DNA of 63,981 nucleotides, filler included, from Phoronis australis (Eukaryota > Animalia > Phoronida), in the NCBI GenBank assembly GCA_002633005.1. It is 9 parts of 9 records of this genome, joined end to end, with 100 filler letters (N's around TTAATTAATTAA, not from the genome) between each part and the next. Parts side by side here need not be neighbours in the genome. Positions count along the whole stretch, not along the records: positions 20,964 to 52,492 come from NMRA01000351.1; 8 more parts are not named here. The stretch is one strand, 5' to 3'. The notes beneath the pieces were generated by a model. That model did not search any database and was not told the DNA's origin. It worked only from the letters and a program-made list of their open reading frames with translations. This document shows, piece after piece, positions 35,769 through 48,811 of the stretch. Made by a program: the position numbers and the translations under genes. How positions within the stretch are numbered: position 1 is the stretch's first letter; the number at the start of each line of letters is the position of its first letter.

Positions 35769-38700
35769 CACACATAATCTTGAATTATAAGCACTCTTGC
35801 TAATTTAGTTTTCGAAAGGCATTTTCTTTAGAATGAATATGCTTTTTGCTAAAATAGGAATTACTGGCAAAACCTTCAAGCCGAAAACTGATCGAAGAAT
35901 CGATCCAAACGGCGCAGGTGCAGGGCCGTTTAATTACAGTGGATTTAACTCACGTTTACGCGCGTCTTTGTCTTCTTTTTGAGTCCAATTAAGCAAATAT
36001 TATGACTGAAATATCGACTCTTCATGTACAGCAAAATGCTATTGTCGTCTGTACAACTACAAGTAAACAAGGTATATTATTCTTTACAGTCATTGTTTAC
36101 CATCTACTCCTTAGAGTTGTTGTGACGGAAGATCGCCTTCAGTGTGTCTATGCTTTATACATAAAAGAGAGATTTTGCGGACAATAAGTGATGAAAATTG
36201 ATATAAAGGACATTCTAAACGCCTCTCACCCGCGCGTGTTTGATGTAGAATTTGTGTAAACTGATATTTTATTGAGTAAAATTGTATAAAGGAACCGCCT
36301 CCTCTGGCATTGTATATAGGGTTGACTTTGTAGGGCCCAGAATGTTAATTCGTGTAAATCGCGTGGCCGACATAAATACCCAGAAATAGATAGTCTAAGG
36401 TAAATACGACTTAAGCATACCTTCTAGTTACTGTCAGGAGATCAGAAATCCAATGGCAAATGTACATGTTAACAGAGTATCGACTGATGAAAGCATTGTG
36501 AGAGGCCAAAGTTGGCCCTTATTCACGTCCCACAAGGCCCTGTTTATGTCGAACCGAGATCGCTAACTTCCGTGAATCCTACTGTTGATGCAATCGATGA
36601 ATTCCACTCCGCGGTGTGTGATGTCACGCACAACTATCAAGGCTAACTCGCTCAGTCAAAGAAGCAAAATAAAGGATTCCATCCCAAAAATGAGCGAAAT
36701 CTGCTGTGTTTTGAATAATATAAAACATTTCCTGCCGTTTGAAGCTATGAAAACTGTATAATAGACTTGCCTTGCCTCATTTTAATAACGGCACATTGCG
36801 TTGAAGGTATGAACGTAACATGACATTTATATCACAAAAAATAGCTTTTAGAATAAGTGCATCTAATTATTCGAGTGTTCAGAAAGAATTTCTTTATTTT
36901 TTAATTTACAAAAATATTCAAAATAAAGGAAATGCATGTTGCTGCACTCATCACCGTGATTGTTCTAAAACTATGCTCACACTCTACCTTGATATAAAAA
37001 TATTTGAACACATCTAGTTCATCTAGGCCCTACATCTCTACTTGCACACTTTGGTGGCGCAGCGATAAATATTGTTGTGCATTATCGCTTTGGACACAAC
37101 GACTCGTTTTGGCATCATTTTTAACATCGCAAACACCATTGTATAGTTTGAACAACGCCTCGTTTTCAAGCATAATGGCGAATCTGTGCAAGTACCGAAA
37201 CGTCTCACAAAAATCTCAACTCCTCCATTAATTTCTGCTGTTACTTATTTTAAAAATATTCCTCTCATGAAATTTATCACCTTGAGTACATCATTCCCTA
37301 CTGCTTCATATGCACGACAAACCTCCCAGTCAATTTATTTTAGTGCGTATTGCCAAACAAGTTAAACGTTGACATATTTCTTTTTCTGTAATACATGGAT
37401 GTTGTTTTGGTGGCTTCATCTTCAGCACGCTCACTTGGTCCTTCACGGGGTCTCCGTAAACTTTATGCATCACTACTACTACTTCCACAAAACATTTACT
37501 CAAACCATATTGTTTTCAAAGATCGCGCTGCGTCAAATTCTTAAACGTCCGCCTCAGACGAATATTGCAACGGAGCTGAACAGGATGCATGGCGTGAAAG
37601 CTCAGTTCCCGCGTAGCTCACGTAAAGGCGTTATAACCCCTAGTTCATTTAGATGTCGTGTTGCTATGCTTTGACACGTGCTATGTGCGCAAATGTGCCG
37701 AACAGAGCTCATATCTCGCCAAGTGACGAGTCAGCAGTGTTGATGAACTTAAAGGGCGGGACACTCAGTGTTGTAACAGTCGCAGGTGGACTCGCGCCCA
37801 GAGCTCGCAGCCGTTGAATGGTGTACAGTAAAAAAAACTGTCTACTAGCCACTCATAAACGATGTGCTTGGATGCTGTTACAGCAGCACTCAACGATAGC
37901 TGTGGTTAGGTGGTACTCGCTATAACGCCCTCTATAACAACCTACCGTGACTTCGCAGTAAAGGCTGTGATTCCTGTTACAACGTTATGTGGACAGGCCC
38001 ATACACCAACGCTCGTCAGCTGATGTCAGCCAAACGAACGGAAACTGCGAGAGATTGGCAGTGCTGGTCACATTATTGGCCATGTCTCCAATGTCTCCGC
38101 ATCGGAGCCTTCCGCCTGGCTTTTCATTTTGAACAATGAGAAATGTCCTGGATCAGTGTGCTACTCGATGCCGGAGGTAGATGTAGGTACATAGGTTGAT
38201 CGGTGGCACATCTGGAGCACCGGTAGGCCTGCCGTTTGCCGGATGCCGTGGCCTTTTGGTGACCAGGGCTCCGTTTAATGAAAGTTTAAATTTTAAGTAT
38301 GATCGCTGGCATGGCGTCAACAGCATTGCTCCACAAGTTGAGTGCAACGTGACAATTGATGCAACGGCTGCATTGTTATTTCGGTCTAAGCCAAGGTTAA
38401 TTGAAAAATTGTCTCATGAAACGGAGCCCACGGAATTATTCACGCGATTTGTTTTGCAACAAAATTCTGTAGAAGTGCTTTAATGTTTTACAAAAGGAGT
38501 AGGCTGAACTTTTCATTTTAATCCCCAATACTAATGGGTCCATTTAGGCGTGGGCTATCATCTTGCTTACTCTCCTACCGTAGGTATCCCGATTTGCACC
38601 TGAGCTGTACTTACGGCCCGTCAAAAATAAGCGAGAACCCACGGGAGCTAGACATGGCTTTGATCTTCTCTATAACGCCCGAGTTTATGCGGTTATCATG

Positions 38701-39479
38701 TTTGCTTGTAGAAACTTTCATCTGCCACTGATGTCATGAATAGAGTGAATGATAAAGACAGGTGAGACGAGCACACGCTGATGGATGATAATTAGGTAGA
38801 CTACTATCTAATCCAGCGGATATCCCATCAACTAGTGATAATAACAACGTACATTAATTTCGAAACATAGCGGAAAAACAAGAGGTTGTCGTCTTGTCGA
38901 TCAAACAATGCGGAACTGATTTCTTGATGTCATACGGTGGCCGACACTTGTTCTCAGTATGGAATGACGGATGAAACATCGAGCTGGTTTATTTTTCAAT
39001 CAAACGAAATTTTCTACCTTTTAATCGTTATTCATGATATATCTGGACGATATCTTGGTGAGGAAATTCTGTTCTGTTGGCATTCACAGAACGCACTGTC
39101 ACAGACTCCTACGTGAACTCTGCCGGGTGGTTCACGCCAAACTGTCCTGGTCAGCAGAAGACGGTCAAGGCGCAAGATTACGTATAAACATGGACGAGAA
39201 TATAGGAGATGGAACAAGATCGATGAAAGACGAGAGTGAACGCTGAATTAGTATTTAGTAATTATTTATTATAGTGACAAGTACAATTAAATCAAACAGT
39301 TATAGGTATAACATTCCTAAGAAAGATAAGTACCCAGCCCAGTTGGGCTTATTAGTCACTTTAACCACACAACTCAGATGTAGACCTACCATAAATGTGT
39401 CGGTTTCTAAGTTCAAAAGCAGACTTGATATATTTGGCAAATTGCCTAGGGAAATACTGAAATAGCAGTTTTAAAGTAT

Positions 39480-40240
39480 CTAATCTACTGAAATCTACAA
39501 AGTTCGGGATTTGAAGTGAAACATTATTAAACAGAATAGACCTCCGTGAGTTATATTAAACAATCAAACACAAAATGTAGCTCATCCTCCACAGAAACCA
39601 GATTTAAACACAAGCAAAGTCTTTCACTTACAGGAGTGTTTACATATGGACCAGTTTCCAAGTGCTATGGGAGATTTCCTGCTCTAAGCTGAGCCGGTGA
39701 GAAGAGACCGCTCGGAACGACATAAATTAATCTTTACGTACGGCTCAGTTAAAGACTCGTGCTTAAATAAAATGTAGGTTCTTAACTTGGGTTTTGTTAC
39801 AACAGACTCAGCCCAAACATGTTTGGAGTATTCAAATAGTTTGTTTCTAGCATCTACTATGTTACAAGTAGTCAAATTTTGAAAACAGGATTGCGCGCCA
39901 GTTATGTTAAACAATTTTTTGATTCCGTCTATCCAACCCTTTCTAGTAACAGAGTAGTCCCATAGAAATACCTTCTTCATTAACCTATCACCACCTGTGG
40001 TTACTAGTTTGTTCCAAAGACGCAGCATATTCAATTTAAATCTATTTCCGGTGGAGTCCCACCCGATAACGCCAATAACAGCATGAGTGGCTGTAAATCG
40101 GTTGACCCCTAAATAAAAACGCATAGCTCTGTTTTGAATACTTTCATCATTAGCAAAATTTTTGAAACCCCAAACAGATGATCCGTAATCCAAAATTGGT
40201 GCCCCACACGAATTGTTTGTCGAACAAAATTTGCTTGGAA
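39480..40240 (-). mobile_element. 3' fragment of an RTEX-like LINE ORF2
   Basis: ILDYGSSVWG...KLRTYILFK...EPYV...IETG...ERLC...VEDELHFVFDC with frameshifts; 5' side ends at poly-G and a gap. Confidence 0.8.
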
Positions 40241-42245
40241 CTGGAGTGGGGGGGGGGGGGGGGGGGNNNNNNNNNNNNNNNNNNNNNNNNNNNNNNNNNN
40301 NNNNNNNNNNNNNNNNNNNNNNNNNNNNNNNNNNNNNNNNNNNGGGGGGGGGGGTGGAGAGATAGCCGGAATAATACCCATTTATGCGGCTTTGGGAAGA
40401 AGATCGGACCTCAGACCATGGTCTGATATCAGGCGGTGACCTGATTATAATCGAATTTCTAGAGTTAGACGTCAGATGTCTCTGCTAACTCCACACCCCG
40501 GCGTCCTTCGCACCCTTCCTCCCTTTATGAAGTATCCACAAAAGCGCAAAAATCAATGAAAACCATGGAAACTTATCGTCATCGACTTAAACTCTCACAC
40601 GCCGAATGCAATGAAGTTAAAGAGTGATCTTTCAACCCCCTGTAGTTTCGTTCTGTCGCAATTTTTATATGATCTTTAATGATTATGAATCCGAAAATTC
40701 GAAGTAAACACAGACTGCATGGCGTCAATTCATGTACAACTGAAAAGATCACAGCTAATCGCGCAAAGCCTACATTATTAGGCTCGAATTCCGATTTCAA
40801 AGGTACTGTGTCATTGTCGGTGAATTGAACAGACGTTTTTAGCACTCGAGAAACCGAAAACGAAACACCAAACATGTAAAAGTAATCTCCGAGTTCATTC
40901 TCACAAAAACTTTTCAAGTGCGTTTAGGGAGCGATTCAAATGGATGTTATTCATGTTATACTTTTGTTGCACTTTCATTTCATAACGACTCGCCACGAGG
41001 GACTAGAGTTCACAATATTTTGCCGGTAAGCCGATTCACGGCCTGATAGAGATTTTGCTCCATTTATCGCCATCTGGGTGTGAAAATCACCTTCAGTGCT
41101 ATTTACAAATATGAATGAACTGGCCTCTTGAAGAATTAATGCACTTAGATAAGTGAATAGAAGTCCACAACTGGAACAATTGAGCCGGCCTTTAGCATAT
41201 TAGCAATCAAATAGCCAGTAGCATTCTTGAAGTTTCAGGTTAAATTGGCGCGAAAGACTATTATTTGGCAAGAATTGTGGTAATCGATTGCGTCTGGTGT
41301 AGATCGATAGAAGGTTAATCCGCGTGGGCCACCTGGAAACGAACAGCTGCGATTGGAGGAGAAAATTGTCACGTGTGTCTGGCAAAATTACACCAAGTCA
41401 TTCGGTAGGTTACGTGTTTCGATATTTGTTGAAAAACAAGGCAATAGAAGTTTGTCTGGTGTTGTAACGTAGATGGAGCTTCTGTGAGTTTGCCGTGTCA
41501 ACAAAAGGGACAAATTGAACTGCCTTGCAAACATGAGTCGGTAAAAGTAAACCGTGTACAGTATCCCGCGTAAGAACAATGTAAACAATCCCAAAGCTAC
41601 TTATTTCTTTACAACAGAAAAATTGCGTACTAGTAAACCATTTTAGCTATGGTTATCGCGATTGAAGAATATCAGTCGTCTGTGATATACCCCTCAATAA
41701 GACAATTATGTGCGTCGTTTGACTTAGCGGTTTTAGTTGCGATAGCATTGTTGTAGCTCTCGGTATGATTGCTAAGCGTATATACCCTCAAAGGTTTGAT
41801 GTTGAAAACAAAGGAATCATTAATGCGACGAAGCAGAACCGCGCGTTTCTGGTCAGCACTGGTCACTGTGGTCGGGCGCTCTATACTCTAAACTTACACG
41901 GATGTATTAAACAAATGTCTGATAAGAACGGGACCAGTTTATATCAACATAACGAGTCCGGTAAAACTGAGCAAAACGATTCATTTTAATTACTGACGTC
42001 TTAATTATTGACATTATTTGTCATCGATCCGGCAATAACGAGGTGCCTAATTGAAGTTTTTCTCTATCGACTGAGCGTATAATGCAGCCGTGCAAAACGA
42101 TTCAACAGCCATCGGTTAGTAATACTACCAATTCTAAAATTTCTCATTTGTAAACAACTCGTGCATAGTTCACAAAACCAGAGAGCCACAATCTCTTCAA
42201 AGCAGTTCATAATGTGGTTGGTCCGCTCTGAACACATGCTAGATC

Positions 42246-42406
42246 CAGTAGCGGATCCAGGATTTTGAGTTTGGGGGGGGGGCAGGGCAGAGTATGAGCC
42301 AGGATTTTGGCCTTCAGACATTCGTTGCACCCCCGAACTGCCAAATGGAATCTGGGAGAATTTCAGGGGGGCTTCCCTCCTTAGCCCCCCTCTAAATCCG
42401 CCACTG
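42246..42406. mobile_element. hAT5-like MITE (family A, short; inverted relative to 30511 and 44105)
   Basis: CAGTAGCGGATCCAGG...TAAATCCGCCACTG, TSD AGATC/AGATT. Confidence 0.85.
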
Positions 42407-44104
42407 AGATTCGCCAGTAATTACACTAAAGAGTTCATATTGCAACACTGCCTAAATTTGATATAGTTATATGTGCGAGAATATGTTGATTGCATTCATT
42501 TTAAAAGGTCAATACCCCTGAGCTTCTGTCAACTGTTTTAGGTCACGCACTGTTACATATAGTCTCATTTCCATCCCTATTCATATTAGGCATGATTTTG
42601 GGACTAGAGAAGTGAGTGGTCGTTATTGCCTCTGACTAGGCTCAAAACTGGCGTCCATTTTATTACTATTACATAACAAAATGTTTTGGGGTAATTAAGA
42701 GTTGGACATGACCAATTATTCCCAATAAACACAATTTCTCAAAAATAAACAAATTCTTCGTAACCAAGAGGCCACATAATTATCTGTTTTAAAACCATCA
42801 AGGCAGGTTTCGGGGAAACCAGCGAACGTCTGTATTCGTATCTACTCCATTTTGCCCTTCACAGTACGAGCAGGGAAACAAAACATGATGACTTCTTAGC
42901 AGTGTCGTTGGCGAGTTACAGACTACAAGGGAGACTCGTCAAAACTGCATACATGTATTCCAAAATAAAGACATGGGCGAGAGTGTGATAGGGATCTAGT
43001 CCCGCTGAGTTATTGCGCAGTAGGTGCATTCAAAGTGCTAATTTTAATTTACTCAGCTCGTAAAACAAAGCCTGAACAATATTAAGCGTGTCATCATGAA
43101 AACAACAGTTAAAAGTGGGAACATGACATATTACAGATCTTTTACTTATAGCTTATTTGTACACAGAGGTGGAATAATTAATAACTGAAGTGTTTGTAGT
43201 CTGTAAAAACCTAGCAGCTTCTGCAAAAATAACCCTCGTTCATTTCGGGAATAAATTTTGATCGCTGATAACGCGTATTTAGCAAAGTTTAGACAACTGC
43301 AGCGGAATACCAGTAAAAGAAAATTACTTTATAGCATGAATCTTTCTAACCCAGGTTATTCAAAATACGCAAAAAACATTAATTGAAATATCCCCGTACT
43401 GCAAGTCCTCATATAAACAGGCTTTCGGAACCTTGGCTGTTAAGGGGTTATCGCTCCATTCAAGTGCAGTTTTAGCGTGAATCCCAACATTTGGAACCTT
43501 GCGAAAACACGCAGTACGACATGATGTTGGATTTTGTTTTGTAGTCTTGTGTTGCAAATCCCCGCGGTTATCAAATCATTCATAGTTCATGCTCGACGCC
43601 TATCAAAAGCACCACAACTTCAAAGTATTGAAAATGGCCTCCTTTTTGGCAGACTTATCTCTAGTAAACGCGGTAACTGCATTCGTGAGAGTTTGAATGG
43701 TGGTAGAAAAAGCGCTGGATCCACGGAAATGAAATTGCGGTTGAAATTTTAAAATTTGTTAGTATCTTAAACATGTCATATTTTGTTCTGTTGGATGTTG
43801 CCCTGGATTTTGACTTGGCCTCTAAGTTGAGCTACATGTGGTTGTGCTCTCAATCAGTGGAAGTGGTCAACAAACATCAACTATAAATGCACATCACTCA
43901 TACATGCACGCACTCGCACACATATATTTAAGAGTTTTATTAAACCTGTAGCATGGCTAATTTTCTGAGCAAGAGTGGCGACAAAGTTGTGATGAATTGC
44001 TTATAAAGAAACACTTCAAGCAACTAGCTTTAATTTTTTTGGAGTTAACAATACGACGAAATAATAATACGACACCAGTAATTTCAAAATCCGACCATAT
44101 GAAG

Positions 44105-44251
44105 CAGTGGCGGATTTAGAGGGGGGCCAAGGGGGCTATGCCCCCCCCCCCTAAAACTCCCACATTCCATTTGGCTAATGTCTGACGGACAAACTCCTGG
44201 CTAATACTCTGCCCTGGCCTCCCCTAACTAAAAATCCTGGATGCGCCCCTG
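44105..44251. mobile_element. hAT5-like MITE (family A, short)
   Basis: CAGTGGCGGATTTAG...GGATGCGCCCCTG, TSD TGAAG/TGAAG. Confidence 0.88.
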
Positions 44252-45136
44252 TGAAGCATTCCATCCAATGATCGAATTTTGATTTGGTCCAGTCACCACT
44301 ATAAAGATGGTCTCAACTTGTTATTTTCTCAGATAAGAAATGGTTTCTGGGATAAATTACACAGGACAGTCAGTTCACTATTCCTTGTGGCCATGTTCGG
44401 CGCATAAAATGACTCTCCGTGACACGCCATTAGGTACAGTCTGGTCTCAACGAATTGGCAGTCCTTTCCAAATCCAAAGTCACATCTATTTGACTAAGGA
44501 ATCATTTATAGACTAATTCCGTAACAGTACCTTGTCTAACTTAAAAAGGTTAGCTTTGTGGGTTCATAGCCGCTTCTAGACATCAAGTGAATCGGAGCAT
44601 GCAAACGCCAGGTGGCGGAATTGGCAGTGTCTTTGCAAGAACTAATTATAACGTAAAATTTGATAGTTTCCTTTCAATCACTGAGTTATCTCAATTCCGT
44701 GCTTCATCGGGATAAACGAAAGAAAAGTGCAGTTTCGCTATTCACCTTTTACCGAACGCTAGCAAATTCAGTGAGTACTAGAAAACATTCATGAGGTCTT
44801 TTTTATGAAATGGTTGTTTCTTCGGTAAATCGACAGAAATGAAAAGTATTTTCCAGTGTGCAGATTGGTCTTATTTATTATGACTCATATTTACAGCTTC
44901 AAGGCGCTGTCTAGCTATATATATTTATCGCACCATGCATGGGTGTCTACTGCAACACCCAGTAACATTCTTTTCACGTTCGTTCAGGCCTCTTTACGCT
45001 TTCATGATTTCAGTCAGATGTTGAGAGACTCCTGGCAGTTCGTGGCTGACTGGTCAATGATTGTAAGCCTGCGTCTTCTGGCAAGGAAGTGAAGAAATGC
45101 TTGCGTGAATTGGTGACACTCTAAAGAGGTATATTA

Positions 45137-45473
45137 GCGCATGCACGCCATACAACATGCTAATTTGGTGTACGTGCAACAAGTGCGCGTGCACGCCGTG
45201 CATGTTAAATTGGTGAACGTGTAGCTACTGCGTGTGCACGCCGTACAACATTCTAATTTAGTATACGTGTAACTACTGCGCGTGGACGCCGTACAACATT
45301 CTAATTTAGTATACGTGTAACTACTGCGCGTGCACGCCGTACAACATTCTAATTTAGTATACGTGTAACTACTGCGCGTGCACGCCGTACAACATTCTAA
45401 TTTAGTATACGTGTAACTACTGCGCGTGCACATCGTACAACTTTCTAATTTGGCGTACGTGTAGGTACTGCGC
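45137..45473. repeat. 48-bp minisatellite, about 7 copies
   Basis: Unit GCGCGTGCACGCCGTACAACATTCTAATTTAGTATACGTGTAACTACT; it explains the repetitive ORF 45134-45433. Confidence 0.95.
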
Positions 45474-48065
45474 TGTGATCCTGTTTTGCAATTCAGTGAG
45501 AATGTTGAATACTTCTGATGTTATTGGAGTCACTGTTTTTGTAATTATCGTTTTATTCATTGTTTTCAGATGCGCAAGTTTTATTCTGATTTGTTTCTAT
45601 GATTTGTTTTTTTAAAGTTTCAAGGAAGTGTTAGGCCTATATTGTTATAACACTGCACATTCTTTTGTAATTTTAATAAATAAAGCTGGCGCATTTGGAG
45701 GGCGTTTCGTAATTCGCCGGGTTGAACATCAACAAAGTGGTAAACGTTTACCGGTCACCAGGCAACCAAACTAAAATATACAGAAAATCTAACGTTATTT
45801 GTTTTGGCCTATGTACTTGGAATGGCTCTCTCGGCAAACTTTACATCTAAGAAACGGCAGCACGCTGTAGGTAGGCAAAAATCTATAAAAAATAACAGGA
45901 CGTGTAACTTTGACTGAATTTCAGTCTCGGCCTAATAACCTAATACCGAAACCTGATTTTATCATAGTTCTTGTTTTGAAGTAAGTTGATTTTTACTTCG
46001 TATCACCCTTTCAGGTTTTGTAGGACCTAATCGACAGGTTAAGTTGGATAATATTTTCTTTTAGTGACTTGCAAAGGTTTGTTGCCGGTTTGTGATTTAC
46101 ATATTTATGTATCTCCGATACTCGACTGATTCATAATAGACGCTAATCTTCTAAGGAACGGATCATGTTTCAGTGAACTACGATAAACGCTTTCTGGAAA
46201 ATACCTGACATCCGACCCCCAAACAGCAGATTGCATTAGATGTTTTTTGTAGCCAGGGATTCTCAGACCTAAGGCAATGGACCAGGGAGACCCTAAACCG
46301 CAACCTTTCAAAGCGTATTTTCAAGGCATGGTCCTAATAAAGCAAACATTCCCCCAAACTGGACCCTAATAAAGGGAATCCTGGCCATAGGCTTCATTTC
46401 CACTGTCCGAAATAGACGAAACTTCAACCGAAATTTCCAAACAATATTTTGTCTGCTCAATTCTTAACCGATGACGTAATTTCTCCCGTATATTGCATCA
46501 CATGGTAGAAATTTCTTCTGTTACTTTTATATCGTACCAAAGGGACATTTTAACATTTTATCTTTTGGCAACTGAACGTTCAGGAGTAGCCGAAAGGGTG
46601 GCTGTAGGGAGGAATCTGAATTTTGGACTACGGGTCAAGAGTTTGGCCGCGAAAGCAAATTAACTTGTGTCCTCACAATATTGTTTATCTTCCTGTGGGG
46701 ATGCTTTGTAATGCTCAAACTCGCTCATGTAAGTCCGAAAAGTTGCCTGAACCTGAAGACAACTGGCTCCATTTCTTTCCCCACTTTCTGGAAATATAGT
46801 TAAGTATTTTAAAAGTATTACTCACACGAGAATCTCGAATGTCGCCAAAGAGCTCGGGTTTAATTTCAAACGACGTGCATTTGAGGTACATACCCATGCT
46901 GAATCTGATACATGTTTTCTACGTTGACGATTGCCTATAATAATAATTTCTAATAACGTTTTTCTTGTTAAATGTTGAGGCTTGGATTACTGGTGTTAAA
47001 ATTTTGATGACTTTCTCAGAATTTTGTTAATGTAACTGCTGTATATGTTTTATAATCATGTGTCGATATTTTGCTGTATAAGGGTTTAGGAGACGTACAT
47101 ATACAAATAATGTTTGCTTCAGAATTAACACCACCATGCTTTGTGTTACAGCCTTCTGAGATGAACATGGACTTTACTGTATGCTTGCGAAGTCTTCTTT
47201 GGTGCGTCGTGCTTGTGGGACAAGTGCAACTTGTACGTTCTACCGAGATGTCATCTAACGACTGCAAGAGAAACGTTACTGGAAGGTGATTATTTTCAAG
47301 TCATGCTGTACGCGCGACCTAATGTACAATTGTAACTGTTACAATAATTAGGCAAGGCGCAGTGCCGAAGTGTCCTATTTCACAGTGGTAGAAAATTAAT
47401 GCTTTGCATAATTAACACACTTCTGAACCAACAACGAGACAACAAACTCGTGGGGACAGTGCAATACTCCGTATTGCAATAATAAAACTTTGACATTATA
47501 AACATGGTTCTTTAAGGAGGTTAAAGTAGAAATAGCCAGTAGTAGGCCGTGGGTTGTTGATACTCTTTATGCTTAAAGGCATATAGCAAGTGCTGTGACT
47601 TGTTTGACTTGGCAATTTCATTTTGTCATTTAAAGTTCCACCTCATCCATTGACGATTGTAAAAAGTTCCCGCGTATAAAGTTGCATATTTTCGTGAATT
47701 TGGGGCTGACGTCTTGCATTTGCCTTGTAGTCATGGTTCTCAGTCTTTTATTGGCTAATCCTGTTGTTCACAGAGCCCGCTACTGTTCAATGTGAGTGCA
47801 CGTTTGTAAAACCTTGTTTTTTTGAAGAAAATGTGCTAATAAAGACCAACTCTAGTTACACGACTATATCACTGCTAAATCAGAAAATTGAAAGTACAAT
47901 ATTCATGAGGTTAGCGATGACGAATCTTCTCTTTGAAGTAATCAGTCGACTCCATTCAACCCTTTCTGTTATGACGTGTAATGAGGAATTCGTGGTATTA
48001 AAAAAATCAAAACCAAGGTTCCATCTCGAACCACGAGTCCAAACTGGCGTTTTCAAAGGGGACGG

Positions 48066-48811
48066 CATAGGCGGATTTAGGGGGGGGGNAGGCGACAGGC
48101 AGTGGCGCTGCGCACTACGACTCCGGTTCCGTCGTCTGCTCCACTGTGCAATGAAGAAAATTTACTTAATTTTTAAAGAAAATGGAACCTGAGTGACGAT
48201 GAAAAAACAGAAGCTGCTGGTAAGATGTGAATTTTAATCAAAGCCTTAGTGAATCACTCAGAAACTCATAATTCTCTCTTTGTCAAACCTTAACTTAAGA
48301 CGATTTCCAAAGCAATCCCGTCATTATTGCCAACACGAAAAACGGATTTAGTCTTTAGGGCATTTGAAGACTATTTTAAATGCAACAAATTTGTTAAGAG
48401 CCGATTTCAGAAAATGTAAAACGTGTAATAAGCATTACAAAAAGAAGTAGGTTTCGCGTGCAAACGCTGTGGACCATAAACAAGTAGGTCTCTTAACATA
48501 AAATTAGTAGTTAAATCGTGGTGGCGTATTGGTAATGCACGTACGCTCTATCCGCCAGATCGTGAGTTCGAGTCTGTGGTTGTGGTGGTTTTCCTGATTG
48601 ACACGTTCTCGGTTTTTTGTTTTTTTAAATTTGCCTTTTTTTCTTGGGTAATACTTCAGGAATCAAGGAAAATGATTGATTTTTAGAGGAAAAAACAGAA
48701 AAATTTCCTCCCCCCATTCGGTGCTATGCGCATCTACAATCGTGGTTTGCGCAGATGCTTACAGCCGGACAAAATGTTGGCCCCCCTTGTGACATCCTAG
48801 ATTCGCCACTG
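48066..48811. mobile_element. Family A TIR element enclosing a second repeat
   Basis: CATAGGCGGATTTAG...CTAGATTCGCCACTG flanked by GGACGG on both sides; single N at 48089. Confidence 0.7.
48092..48574 (+). repeat. Dispersed repeat with a tRNA-like 3' end (copy of 21311-21751)
   Basis: A-box-like TGGCGTATTGG (48522-48532) and B-box-like GAGTTCGAGTC (48564-48574). Confidence 0.85.

Noticed and set aside
45134-45433. Cys-rich repeat protein ORF (CCTACTRSSYTYTKLE)n
   Set aside because: By-product of a 48-bp minisatellite; no splice or start support.
46580-46680. GNRA hairpins plus Sm-site-like AATTTTGG as an snRNA
   Set aside because: No recognisable match to a known snRNA; the motifs are too short.
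48515-48580. Functional tRNA gene
   Set aside because: No convincing acceptor stem, and it is part of a dispersed repeat.
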